From: an uncultured Bacteroidales bacterium
GTDB taxonomy: Bacteria; Bacteroidota; Bacteroidia; Bacteroidales; UBA1402
Direction: 5' to 3'
Length of the DNA: 64,000 nt
NCBI GenBank assembly: GCA_964575345.1
Contig: CAZNQD010000003.1
Span: forward strand, 11,310 to 75,309
Below are positions 1 to 9,261 of this stretch, in pieces. Each line of letters starts with the position of its first letter. Position 1 is the stretch's first letter. Position numbers and translations under genes: made by a program. Under the pieces are notes generated by a model. The model searched no databases and was not told where the DNA came from. It worked only from the letters and a program-made list of their open reading frames with translations.

Positions 1-1
1 T

Positions 2-685
2 GAGGGCGTCAGCCCTGAGTCCCAAACTGTCAGTAAAAACATCAGCGTAGATGGACAGCTGTTTCAAGAAGAAGAGAGGGTGGGATTAAGTATGTCTGTT
101 GAACAGGTAATGCAGGAATTGCTCAAAGAAAAAGTTTTTATGGACTGTTCACAGGGAGGTGTGACTTTTTCCGGAGGTGAACCCCTGATGCAGGCTGCCT
201 TTTTAAGAAGCTTGCTTGTTGCCTGCAAAAAAGAAGGCCTGCACACAGCCGTAGACACTTCGGGATATGCAAAACTATCTGTTATTCAAGATATTGCGCC
301 TTTTACTGATCTTTTTTTGTATGATTTGAAACTGATGGACGACCAAGCCCATCAACATTTCAGCTCTGTCTCCAACAAGCTTATTCTCGATAATCTCATT
401 TATTTGCTCGAGAACAGGCACCCTCTCAGAATCCGCATTCCCGTCATTCCCGAGGTAAATTTCAATCAGGAAAATACGACTGAATGCCTGCAATTTTTAG
501 CGGCCCACCCCGGTAATATTCAGGGAGTGGACCTCTTACCCTATCACAACATGGCCAACCACAAATACCTGCGATTCAAAAAAGAAAATTCGCTGAGTTC
601 GCTGCAAAGTCTTCCCAAATCGAGTTTAACCTGGATCAGGGAGCAATTTGAGCGGGCCGGATTTGAAACAAAAATCGGTGGGTAA
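2..685 (+). CDS. glycyl-radical enzyme activating protein (radical SAM), 5'-truncated by the window edge
   Basis: Frame is open from nt 2 (the listed start at 80 is GTG inside the frame). GGVTFSGGEPLMQ and the C-terminal half resemble PflA-type GRE activases. TAA at 683-685, 19 nt before the GRE ATG. Confidence 0.8.
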   Translation, partial: EGVSPESQTVSKNISVDGQLFQEEERVGLSMSVEQVMQELLKEKVFMDCSQGGVTFSGGEPLMQAAFLRSLLVACKKEGLHTAVDTSGYAKLSVIQDIAPFTDLFLYDLKLMDDQAHQHFSSVSNKLILDNLIYLLENRHPLRIRIPVIPEVNFNQENTTECLQFLAAHPGNIQGVDLLPYHNMANHKYLRFKKENSLSSLQSLPKSSLTWIREQFERAGFETKIGG

Positions 686-704
686 CAATTATCCTATTAG
701 TCTT

Positions 705-3071
705 ATGATGACCGAACGTATTAAACAACTTCGCCGGGAAAGTCTGGAGGCTGTCAACAGCATTAATGCCGAAAGAGCTTTGCTGATTACAGAATTCTAC
801 AGCAAACACCTGGCTTTTGGAGACTCTGTACCGGTTCAGCGTGCAAAGTCTTTGCACTATATTTTGAGAAACAAAAGCATTTGCATCAACGACAAGGAAT
901 TGATTGTGGGTGAACGCGGTCCGGCTCCCAAAGCCACTCCCACCTATCCGGAAATCAATGTGCACTCGCTGCAGGATCTTGATATTCTCGATACCAGAGA
1001 AAAAGTCTGGTTCCGCGTGGATAAAGAGACCCGAAAAGCCTACGAAGACCTCATCATTCCATTTTGGCAAGGACGTTGCAACCGCGACCGGGTTATGGAG
1101 AGCATGAGTCCCGAATGGCTGAACGCTTATCAGGCGGGCATCTTTACGGAATTTATGGAACAACGGGCTCCAGGGCATACTGTGGCAGGTTACAAATTGT
1201 TTCAAAAAGGCATGCTGGACATCCTGGAGGACATAAAGCAAAGCCGGTCCAACATCGATCCTTTGAACGATCCGGCCGCCTACGACAAGCTGGAAGAACT
1301 CAAAGCCATGGAGATCGCTGCCCATGCTATCATGGATTACGCCGAACGCCATGCCCTGAAACTGGAAGAACTGGCAGCCCTCGAAAAGGACGATCAGCGT
1401 CGCCGTGAATTGCAGCAGATGGCAAAGATCTGCCATCGCGTTCCGGCCCATGCGCCCTCCAATTTTCACGAAGTGCTGCAACATTACTGGTTTATCCATC
1501 TGGGTGTAATCACCGAGCTCAATCCCTGGGATTCTTTCAACCCCGGCAGGCTGGACCAGCATCTGTATCCGTTTTATCAGGCAGAAACAGCTGCCGGAAG
1601 CCTCAGCAAAGAACAAGCCGTTGAAATACTGCAGTCTTTCTGGATCAAGTTCAACAATCACCCGGCTCCTCCCAAAGTGGGCATCACCGCTCAGGAAAGC
1701 AACACTTATACCGATTTTTCTCTGATCAATCACGGAGGCCTTACGCCCGACGGCAAAGACGCGGTGAACGAAATGACTTTCATCCTGCTGGACGTTATCG
1801 AAGAAATGAGGCTGCTGCAACCCAGCTCCATGGTGCAGCTGAGCGAAAAGAATCCCGACGCCTTTATTGAACGCGCTGTAAGAATCACCAAAACCGGTTT
1901 TGGACAACCGTCCATCTTTAACACCGATGCTATCATACAAGAGCTTTTAAATCAGGGGAAAAGCCTGGAAGACGCCCGCAACGGAGGCTGCAGCGGCTGC
2001 GTCGAAGTCGGGGCTTTTGGTACCGAAAGCTACATTCTGACAGGTTATTTCAACCTGCCCAAGATATTGGAAGTCACCTTACACGACGGTTTTGATCCCC
2101 GCACAGGAAAACAAATCGGCTTGCATACAGGAAAAGCAGATTCCTTTAGTTCCTTTGAATCCTTCCTGGTCGCTTTCAAGTCTCAGGTGGAGCACTTTGT
2201 ACGCATCAAGCTGGCCGGTAGCAATCTGATCGAAAGTATTTTTATGAGACATGTTCCCACTCCTTTCCTTTCGCTCATCATTGACGATTGTGTAGCCAAA
2301 GGCATGGATTATGTAGGAGGAGGCACCCGCTACAACACCAATTACCTGCAGGGAGTGGGTTTAGGCACCATCACCGATTCACTGACCGCCATCAGCTTGC
2401 ATATTTTCGAAAACAAAAGCATTAGTTTCAGCGAGTTTGTCAAAGCCCTGGAGAATAATTTCAGCGGAGCAGAAGATCTGCGGTACCGGCTTTTGTATAA
2501 AACGCCCAAATACGGTAACGACGACGATATGGCTGATGCTCACCTGGCCGAAGTCTTTGATATTTATTATCGCGCTGTCAGCGGACATGTCAGCCCCAGG
2601 GGAGCGCAATATCGTATCAATCTTTTGCCGACCACCTGTCACGTTTATTTTGGCAGTGTTATGCATGCCAGCCCGGACGGACGTAAATCGGGCCTGCCGG
2701 TTTCCGAAGGCATTTCGCCCGTGCAGGGAGCCGACAGGCAAGGTCCTACCTCCGTGCTGAAATCGGCAGCCAAAATTGATCATCTGCACACCGGTGGCAC
2801 CCTGCTTAACCAAAAATTCAGCCCCGCTTTTTTTGAAAACGACGACGCCATTCGCAAACTGGGGCAATTGATCCGAGCCTATTTCAAGATGAACGGTCAC
2901 CACATTCAATTCAATGTAGTGGATGCCGAAACACTGAGAGATGCACAAAAACATCCCGAACGCCATCAGGGACTGATAGTTCGGGTAGCCGGGTACAGCG
3001 ATTATTTCAACGACCTGGGCACTGATCTTCAAAACGAGATCATCCAACGGACCGAACACGAATCAATATAA
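705..3071 (+). CDS. hypD: glycyl radical enzyme of the PFL2 family, trans-4-hydroxy-L-proline dehydratase-like (HypD-like)
   Basis: 788 aa from the first ATG; the 648 start is TTG and overlaps the activase. C-terminal glycyl radical motif RVAGYSDYF and Cys loop GCSGCVE. Segments EQRAPGHTV, WDSFNPGRLDQH, TYTDF and VSEGISP match my recollection of HypD active-site regions. The substrate call is from memory, not from a search. Confidence 0.7.
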   Translation: MMTERIKQLRRESLEAVNSINAERALLITEFYSKHLAFGDSVPVQRAKSLHYILRNKSICINDKELIVGERGPAPKATPTYPEINVHSLQDLDILDTREKVWFRVDKETRKAYEDLIIPFWQGRCNRDRVMESMSPEWLNAYQAGIFTEFMEQRAPGHTVAGYKLFQKGMLDILEDIKQSRSNIDPLNDPAAYDKLEELKAMEIAAHAIMDYAERHALKLEELAALEKDDQRRRELQQMAKICHRVPAHAPSNFHEVLQHYWFIHLGVITELNPWDSFNPGRLDQHLYPFYQAETAAGSLSKEQAVEILQSFWIKFNNHPAPPKVGITAQESNTYTDFSLINHGGLTPDGKDAVNEMTFILLDVIEEMRLLQPSSMVQLSEKNPDAFIERAVRITKTGFGQPSIFNTDAIIQELLNQGKSLEDARNGGCSGCVEVGAFGTESYILTGYFNLPKILEVTLHDGFDPRTGKQIGLHTGKADSFSSFESFLVAFKSQVEHFVRIKLAGSNLIESIFMRHVPTPFLSLIIDDCVAKGMDYVGGGTRYNTNYLQGVGLGTITDSLTAISLHIFENKSISFSEFVKALENNFSGAEDLRYRLLYKTPKYGNDDDMADAHLAEVFDIYYRAVSGHVSPRGAQYRINLLPTTCHVYFGSVMHASPDGRKSGLPVSEGISPVQGADRQGPTSVLKSAAKIDHLHTGGTLLNQKFSPAFFENDDAIRKLGQLIRAYFKMNGHHIQFNVVDAETLRDAQKHPERHQGLIVRVAGYSDYFNDLGTDLQNEIIQRTEHESI

Positions 3072-3097
3072 GCCGGGAATTTGTTTAAGCGCTAAGG

Positions 3098-5161
3098 CTA
3101 TTTTTCTACCCTGATTCTGGCGTCTACGGCAAAGATGCCTTTGTCGGTGGCTATCAGGGGATTTATGTCCATCTCCTTGATTTCCTTGGCAAAACGCAAA
3201 AGGGTGGACAAACGGACAATGATGTCGGCATACTGTTGCTCGCCCAGGCCTTTTTGTCCCCTTACCCCTTTGATTATGGGGTAACTGCGAAGAGAACGTA
3301 TCATGGAAAAGGTTTCCTCGTACGACAAGGGAGCCAGGCCATAGGAAACGTCTTTGAGTATTTCTACAAAAATGCCGCCCAGGCCGCAAAAAACCACATG
3401 CCCGAAACGATCCTCGTAATTGGCACCAATATAGAGCTCCTGGCCTTTTAACATAGGCTGAATCAGCAAGGCGCTCACTTGGGGAATGTTCATCATGCGC
3501 TCGTATTCCACCTGCAGATGCTCATTGCTGCGCACGTTCAGGGCTACACCGCCAATGTCGGTTTTATGTACCGGACCCACCACTTTCAAAACCACCGGAT
3601 AACCCGCTTTTTGGGCAAAAGCCTTGAGGGCATCCACATCGTCCGTAACCAATTCATCAACCAAGGGAATTCTGGCCAGACTCAACAGGGAGCGCACATC
3701 CTGTGGACTTAAAAAGCCACTGTAATCAAGATGATCTATCTTTTTACGTACTTCGGGCACATCCACTCCATAGAGCTGAATGTCGCGGCTGGCAGGGGTC
3801 GGTGTGTTGAGTACTCTCGAAAGAGCCGTTCCCAGGGTTACTTCGTCCGAAAAATTGACGTGTCCCTTCTTGACAAAGCTTTTCACTTCGGGGCCGGCTG
3901 TTACAATCGAAGGTAAGACCGGAAAAATCGGTTTGGAACATTCTTCCATTTTTTTATGCAGCACTTCGTAGGCGTCGTATACCTTTACCAAACCGGGACT
4001 GCCAAAAATAACCATCATCAGGTTGATGTTGTCAAAATGTTTTTCACAATAGTCGATGGCCGTTGCCAGGTGCTCGGGAGTGCCCGTGCCAACAAGGTCG
4101 ATGGGATTGCCTACAGCCGCTCCGGGCAATAGTTTGGTTTTTAACTCCTCTACCTTTTCTCCCTCCAGCAAGGGTACATTTATATGCCCCTTGGACAAGG
4201 CATCGGCCAACATTACAGCAGGGCCTCCGGCTTGGGTAATAATGGCGCAATTCTTCCCTTTCGCTTCCTTAAGGGTGAAAATACTGGCGACTGTTGTCAA
4301 TTCTTCGCGACTGTAACAGCGCACAATGCCCGTTTTTCGGAACAAAGCCTCCACTGCCGAATCGCTGCTGGCAATGGCTGCGGTATGGGAGGAGGCCGCT
4401 CTTTTACCGGAATCACTGCTACCGGCTTTGATGGCAGCTATCTTACATCCTTTTTTTATCAGCGAAGAGGCATGATACAACATTTTATCAGGATTTTTGA
4501 CCTGCTCCACATACAACATTTTAATTTTAGAATCGCGCAGGGGATCAAAATTCAGATCCATGTATTCCAGCACATCTTCTACTCCGTTTTGCTTACTGTT
4601 TCCCACCGACCAGACCGAAGAAAAACGTAAACCCTTCATCAATGCCGATTCAATGATAAAAAGGGCTGTGCCTCCGGAGCTGGAAATAAAATCAACTCCC
4701 TCGTTATGAAAATCCGGAACCGGTTGAGTAAACACTCCATGGTAATTCATATTCATAACGCCTATGCAATTCGGGCCAATCAGAGCCGTATCGGTTTCCT
4801 CCACAATTCTGAGCAGTTGCTCCTCCAGCAGAGCTCCTGCTTTGGTCTCTTCTCCAAAGCCGGCTGAAACCACAATAAAGGCTTTGACTTTTTTATCTTT
4901 TGCCAGAAGCTCAACCATAGCCGGGCAGGCTGCTGCCGGAATAGAAAGAATAGCCAGCTCCACTTCTGGAATATCCTTCACATTTCTGAAGTTTTTGATT
5001 CCTTGAATATCGCCTTCTTCTTTGTGATTTACGGTATATAGTTCTCCCCGGAATTTGCCTTCGATAAGATTCCGTACAATGCGTCCACCGGGTTTGTGTA
5101 CATTGTTTGAGCCCCCAACAACAACTATGCTTTGAGGATTGATGAGTTCTTTGTTGATCAT
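3098..5161 (-). CDS. ADP-forming acyl-CoA/acetyl-CoA synthetase (CoA-binding + ATP-grasp fusion)
   Basis: 687 aa. N-terminal CoA-binding Rossmann (SIVVVGGSNNVHKPGG), a succinyl-CoA-synthetase-like ligase domain and a C-terminal ATP-grasp domain. Confidence 0.85.
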   Translation of the reverse strand: MINKELINPQSIVVVGGSNNVHKPGGRIVRNLIEGKFRGELYTVNHKEEGDIQGIKNFRNVKDIPEVELAILSIPAAACPAMVELLAKDKKVKAFIVVSAGFGEETKAGALLEEQLLRIVEETDTALIGPNCIGVMNMNYHGVFTQPVPDFHNEGVDFISSSGGTALFIIESALMKGLRFSSVWSVGNSKQNGVEDVLEYMDLNFDPLRDSKIKMLYVEQVKNPDKMLYHASSLIKKGCKIAAIKAGSSDSGKRAASSHTAAIASSDSAVEALFRKTGIVRCYSREELTTVASIFTLKEAKGKNCAIITQAGGPAVMLADALSKGHINVPLLEGEKVEELKTKLLPGAAVGNPIDLVGTGTPEHLATAIDYCEKHFDNINLMMVIFGSPGLVKVYDAYEVLHKKMEECSKPIFPVLPSIVTAGPEVKSFVKKGHVNFSDEVTLGTALSRVLNTPTPASRDIQLYGVDVPEVRKKIDHLDYSGFLSPQDVRSLLSLARIPLVDELVTDDVDALKAFAQKAGYPVVLKVVGPVHKTDIGGVALNVRSNEHLQVEYERMMNIPQVSALLIQPMLKGQELYIGANYEDRFGHVVFCGLGGIFVEILKDVSYGLAPLSYEETFSMIRSLRSYPIIKGVRGQKGLGEQQYADIIVRLSTLLRFAKEIKEMDINPLIATDKGIFAVDARIRVEK

Positions 5162-5196
5162 AGAGTTAAGGTTTTAAGCGCTTACCTGACAAAGGA

Positions 5197-5204
5197 CAAA
5201 TATA
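5197..5204 (-). promoter_or_regulatory. Bacteroidota -7 box (TAnnTTTG) for the acyl-CoA synthetase gene
   Basis: CAAATATA on the plus strand, 36 nt upstream of the ATG. Confidence 0.4.
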
Positions 5205-5270
5205 ATTTTTTTTAGCTGTATAAATTGCTGGTAAGGAATTTTTGTCGGATATTTATCCAAAATATATGCC

Positions 5271-6653
5271 ATGTTTTCTACTCAGACATACATTCAACGA
5301 CGAAATATTCTTTGCAGTTTACTGGACGAAGGTCTGGTATTATTAATGGGCAACAATGAAAGCCCCATGAATTACGCCGACAACACTTATCCTTTTCGGC
5401 AGGACAGCAGCTTTCTGTATTACATCGGGCTGGACCAGGCCGGATTAATGGCACTTATAGATATCAACGAAGGGCAAACTATCCTATTCGGCAAAGACGC
5501 AAGCATTGACGATATTGTATGGATGGGGCCACAGGAAAATCTTGCAGTGAAGGCTCTTAAATCGGGAATTAGGCAAAACAGAGATATCAGACAGCTGCCT
5601 GAGGTGCTGAAAAAAGCAAAATCCCAGGGCAGAAGCATACATTTTCTTCCCCCCTACCGGCCCGACAACAAAATATGGCTTTCAAAGACCTTGGAACTTC
5701 CTATCGAAAAGCTGGCTGAACGGGCTTCCCTTAGTTTAATCAAAGCCGTGGTTCAGCAAAGGGAAATAAAGTCCGAAGAGGAAATTGAAGAAATAGAAAA
5801 AGCGGTAGATACTTCCGTGGATATGCACGTTGCTGCCATGAAAACAGCCCGGCCGGGCATGAGCGAAGCCGAGGTGGCAGCCGAAGTGCACCGAATTGCA
5901 CTTGCCCGGGGGGGAAACCTTTCTTTTCCCATAATTGCCACCATAAACGGCCAGACTTTACATAACCATTATCACGGCAACATCCTCAGGGAAGGCGATT
6001 TGTTTTTGCTCGATGCAGGCGCAGAAACGGTCAGGCATTATTCGGGAGATCTTTCCAGTACTTTTCCCGTCAGCAATACTTTTACGCCTCTCCAAAAAAT
6101 CATCTACGAAGCCAGTCTGAGAGCCCACCGCGCTGCCGTGAACAGCCTGACTCCCGGCAAGACCTTTCGGGCGGTTCATAGGGCTGCCTGTCTGTCGATC
6201 ATTGACAGTATGCTTGCTTTAGGTTTAATGAAAGGGAATCCTGAAGATGCTTTTGAGCAGGGAGCCCACGCCTTATTTCTTCCCTGCGGCACCGGGCATC
6301 AGATGGGCCTGGATGTGCACGATATGGAAGATCTCGGCGAACTATGGGTAGGTTACGACGGCGAGCCCAAAAGCACTCAGTTTGGACTGAAATCGCTGCG
6401 TTTTGCCAAAAAACTCAAACCCGGCCATGTATTTACCATTGAACCCGGCATCTACTTTATTCCTGAACTCATTGATTTGTGGAAGGCAGAGAAAAAACAT
6501 CCCGATTTTTTGTGCTGGAACAAAATTGAAAAATTCAGAAACTTCGGCGGCATCCGCAACGAAGAAGATTATCTTATAACTGCAAACGGCTTTCGCCTGT
6601 TGGGAAACAAGAGAAAGCCCATGACTGTGAGCGAAGTGGAGGCCTTGAGATAA
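5271..6653 (+). CDS. Xaa-Pro aminopeptidase / prolidase, M24B family
   Basis: 460 aa. Aminopeptidase-P N-domain followed by a pita-bread fold with the typical metal-ligand contexts (LLDAGAE, GTGHQMGLDVHD, TIEPGIYF, IRNEED). Confidence 0.85.
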   Translation: MFSTQTYIQRRNILCSLLDEGLVLLMGNNESPMNYADNTYPFRQDSSFLYYIGLDQAGLMALIDINEGQTILFGKDASIDDIVWMGPQENLAVKALKSGIRQNRDIRQLPEVLKKAKSQGRSIHFLPPYRPDNKIWLSKTLELPIEKLAERASLSLIKAVVQQREIKSEEEIEEIEKAVDTSVDMHVAAMKTARPGMSEAEVAAEVHRIALARGGNLSFPIIATINGQTLHNHYHGNILREGDLFLLDAGAETVRHYSGDLSSTFPVSNTFTPLQKIIYEASLRAHRAAVNSLTPGKTFRAVHRAACLSIIDSMLALGLMKGNPEDAFEQGAHALFLPCGTGHQMGLDVHDMEDLGELWVGYDGEPKSTQFGLKSLRFAKKLKPGHVFTIEPGIYFIPELIDLWKAEKKHPDFLCWNKIEKFRNFGGIRNEEDYLITANGFRLLGNKRKPMTVSEVEALR

Positions 6654-6728
6654 AGCCCGCCACTTGGTACTCTTTAGTGACAACTGCCGCCGGGGTCTTA
6701 GAATTTGTTAATGAACAAGTCCTGCTGT

Positions 6729-6953
6729 TTAGTTGTCTTTTGACTCGTCTTTATCCTGCTTTTTTTTTCGAGGGATGAAACTTAGCAACAAAGCACCAAA
6801 AACCATTCCCCAGAGCGTGCTCAGGTAGGGTGAAGACTTAATGGGACAGCTGCCGCTCTGGCAGCCTACGTAATACCAATACAAAAATCCGCCCAAAGCA
6901 CCCACTACTGCTCCCAATATAATCCATCTATTTTTTGAAAGAAATTTTTTCAT
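6729..6953 (-). CDS. small two-helix membrane protein with CQSGSC motif (DUF6132-like)
   Basis: 74 aa with two hydrophobic helices flanking YYVGCQSGSCPI and a Lys/Asp-rich tail. The family name is from memory. Confidence 0.55.
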   Translation of the reverse strand: MKKFLSKNRWIILGAVVGALGGFLYWYYVGCQSGSCPIKSSPYLSTLWGMVFGALLLSFIPRKKKQDKDESKDN

Positions 6954-7023
6954 ATTTATTTTTTTTAAAACATAATGCTTTGTTTAAACATTTATTATTA
7001 CTTTTCGGCTCGAAATATAAATT

Positions 7024-7038
7024 CCCCCCAAGGGGGGG
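7024..7038. repeat. C6-AA-G7 homopolymer palindrome in the divergent promoter region
   Basis: CCCCCCAAGGGGGGG read directly. Lies 24-38 nt upstream of the TACTTTTG -7 box of the lipoprotein gene. Confidence 0.8.
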
Positions 7039-7061
7039 TGAGGCACATGCTGAACACACTC

Positions 7062-7069
7062 TACTTTTG
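7062..7069 (+). promoter_or_regulatory. -7 box TACTTTTG for the beta-helix lipoprotein gene
   Basis: Motif match 35 nt before the ATG at 7104. Confidence 0.45.
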
Positions 7070-7103
7070 AACAAAAATACAACTCTTTTAAAACTTTTAT
7101 CTC

Positions 7104-8819
7104 ATGAAAACACTTAATTTAAAATGGAACTTGATTGCCGTTATTCTAGCTGCACTCTTTTTATTTTCATCTGCCTGCGATCAGATACCCGAAATTGATC
7201 CTAATTTAATCGGTGCCGAAAACAGCCTAATCAACACACCGACCACCTGGGAAGCTAACTCCGTCAAGACCATTGACTGTGCCCTGATTATTAACTCCAT
7301 CCTGACCATCGAAGAGGGCTCCACCATTAAATTCACCGAAAACGGCAGCCTTTTGATAGGCTCTTCTACCAATGCTGCCCTGGTAGCAGATGGCTCAGCC
7401 GAAAAACCCATTTTGTTTACAGGGGCTGCCAGCGATGACGAAGGCAGCTGGTACGGCATCAGTTTTGGGGCAAACAATTTGTCTAATACTACCGTTCTTG
7501 ATAATTGCACCATTCAGGGCGCGGGCAAAAACAACCAACCGGCCATTACCGTTGACAATACCAATATTTCCATGGATTCCTGTATTGTAAGGTATTGTAT
7601 GGCAGAGGGTATTGATCTTAAAAACGGTGGAGGTTTCCGTAATTTTGAACACAATCACCTGGCTTATTGCGGCAGTTACCTGCTGCAAGGAGAACCAAAC
7701 AAAATGCTCGGGCTTAGCAACAACAACAGTTTTGTCGAAAACCTGGGTAAAAACCTGCTTATTAAATCCGGCGTTTTTTCCACTACAGGCAGCCTGACAA
7801 AACTCGACGTTCCTTACATTGTTGAGGGAATTCTGGACGTTCTGGGTGCAGAACTCAGCATAGAACCCGGCGTAAGCCTGCTGTTTGAAAGCAATGCCGA
7901 ACTTAAGGTTGGTGAAGGACAATATGCCGCATTAATTGCAGAAGGTACCGAACAGCAACCTATAGTCTTTAGTTCCTCTGCTCAAACTCCTCAGGCCGGC
8001 GATTGGCGGGGTATTGGATTTTATTCTTCAAATTCATCCACTAAATCCATCATTAAACATGCCGTGATTGAATACGCCGGCAATCCCACTTACTTCGAAG
8101 GTGCTATACAAAACAACAGCGGATTTGCCATGGAAAACACCACTTTAAGGCACAGCAATACGAATGGTTTACTATGCTACTCGGAAGGATATTTCACCTC
8201 TTTCCATAACAATACCATAAGCGATTGTGTAAAAGATCCGATTGTTATCTGGGCCGAAAATACACACAGTATTGGTTTTAATAATATCATCACTGCAGCT
8301 GCCGGTAAAGGAATATATGTTGATGGCTCTTATGTTACCAGAGATGTTCGTTGGATCAGACAAAGTGTGCCCTACATTATCGGCGGCAGTATTACTGTAA
8401 CCTCAGAATCGGGCACAGCCAGACTGAGTATAGATCCCGGCACAAAATTGGCTTTCCAAAGCGGAGTCAAGCTTTACGTGGGAGACAACGGGGTACTGTC
8501 TGCTGCCGGTAAAACCGATTCTATGATACTTTTCACCACGAATGCTATTACACCCTCGCCCGGTGACTGGGAAGGAATTGAATTTCTGGAAGGCACAAGG
8601 GGTGGAACCCTGCTGGATTATTGCATAGTTGAATATGCAGGACATCTCGATCTTTTCAACATCTGTATAGGCACATCCAATGTCAGCATCACAAATTCTA
8701 TCATAAGGCATTCAAGCAAATACGGAATTTATATTCGTTGGAACGATCCCGCCTACACTCCCGTTATTGAAAACAATACGTACGATGGGAATGAATTTAA
8801 TGTGTACTACGAGCAATAG
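7104..8819 (+). CDS. surface lipoprotein with three tandem right-handed beta-helix-type modules
   Basis: Signal peptide plus lipobox LFSSAC. Acidic residues follow the Cys (CDQIPEID). The motif xxPIxF(T/S)-x8-10-G(S/D)W(Y/R/E)GIxF...YAG recurs three times. Confidence 0.75.
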   Translation: MKTLNLKWNLIAVILAALFLFSSACDQIPEIDPNLIGAENSLINTPTTWEANSVKTIDCALIINSILTIEEGSTIKFTENGSLLIGSSTNAALVADGSAEKPILFTGAASDDEGSWYGISFGANNLSNTTVLDNCTIQGAGKNNQPAITVDNTNISMDSCIVRYCMAEGIDLKNGGGFRNFEHNHLAYCGSYLLQGEPNKMLGLSNNNSFVENLGKNLLIKSGVFSTTGSLTKLDVPYIVEGILDVLGAELSIEPGVSLLFESNAELKVGEGQYAALIAEGTEQQPIVFSSSAQTPQAGDWRGIGFYSSNSSTKSIIKHAVIEYAGNPTYFEGAIQNNSGFAMENTTLRHSNTNGLLCYSEGYFTSFHNNTISDCVKDPIVIWAENTHSIGFNNIITAAAGKGIYVDGSYVTRDVRWIRQSVPYIIGGSITVTSESGTARLSIDPGTKLAFQSGVKLYVGDNGVLSAAGKTDSMILFTTNAITPSPGDWEGIEFLEGTRGGTLLDYCIVEYAGHLDLFNICIGTSNVSITNSIIRHSSKYGIYIRWNDPAYTPVIENNTYDGNEFNVYYEQ

Positions 8820-8885
8820 TCTTCGTGTGTGTTCGACAGGGATGAATATAACAGAACAAACCTTGCAAATTAGTATGTTTTAGCT

Positions 8886-8893
8886 TACCTTTG
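8886..8893 (+). promoter_or_regulatory. -7 box TACCTTTG for tRNA-Arg
   Basis: Motif match 14 nt before the mature tRNA 5' end. Confidence 0.5.
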
Positions 8894-8906
8894 CCGGCGC
8901 AAAAAA

Positions 8907-8980
8907 GGACCGGTAGCTCAGCTGGATAGAGCAACAGCCTTCTAAGCTGTAGGTCTTGGGTTCGAATCCCAACCGGTTCA
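8907..8980 (+). tRNA. tRNA-Arg (anticodon TCT)
   Basis: 74-nt cloverleaf read by eye: acceptor GGACCGG/CCGGTTC, D-arm TAGCTCAGCTGGATAGAGC, anticodon stem ACAGC/GCTGT with loop CTTCTAA, T-arm TTGGG-TTCGAAT-CCCAA, discriminator A. No encoded CCA. Confidence 0.93.
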
Positions 8981-9261
8981 CTTTTAAGCTTTCGGCATTC
9001 TTTAAAAGCCAGGACTGTTTAATTTCAGCTTACGAATTACCACCTTCTTTATAATTAAAAACCTCCTTCGTGTTTTATTAAGAATTCCGAACCTTAACCT
9101 TCCATTCGATTATTCAGCGTCAAAACAATCTAATTATAGAAAAATCAGCTGTTTTTCTTATAAAAACACCCGAAATGCAGAAAAATGAACAAATAAATTG
9201 CATTTTTTGAAAATTATTAAATTTAAGTCCTTATCTTGCGCCGTCAAAATTTTTAAATAAT

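Noticed and set aside
636-1940. A 434-aa ORF antisense to the glycyl radical enzyme gene.
   Set aside because: It lies entirely inside a confidently identified CDS on the other strand. The translation is low-complexity and enriched in F, V, G and Q, with no recognisable motif. This is typical of a shadow ORF produced by the codon bias of the sense gene.
3084-3093. The 10-mer TTTAAGCGCT occurs on both flanks of the acyl-CoA synthetase gene (3084-3093 and 5173-5182). The second copy is part of a 10-bp palindrome, TAAGCGCTTA.
   Set aside because: This could hint at an insertion footprint or a shared operator. But it is only 10 bp, I see no further flank similarity, no mobility gene and no obvious compositional break. 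It could be coincidence, so I do not claim it.
8981-9261. A 280-bp AT-rich non-coding stretch immediately 3' of tRNA-Arg, considered as a possible integration scar or islet.
   Set aside because: There is no integrase, no direct repeat of the tRNA 3' end downstream that I could find, and no foreign-looking genes. It is more simply the promoter and long leader of the cold-shock gene.
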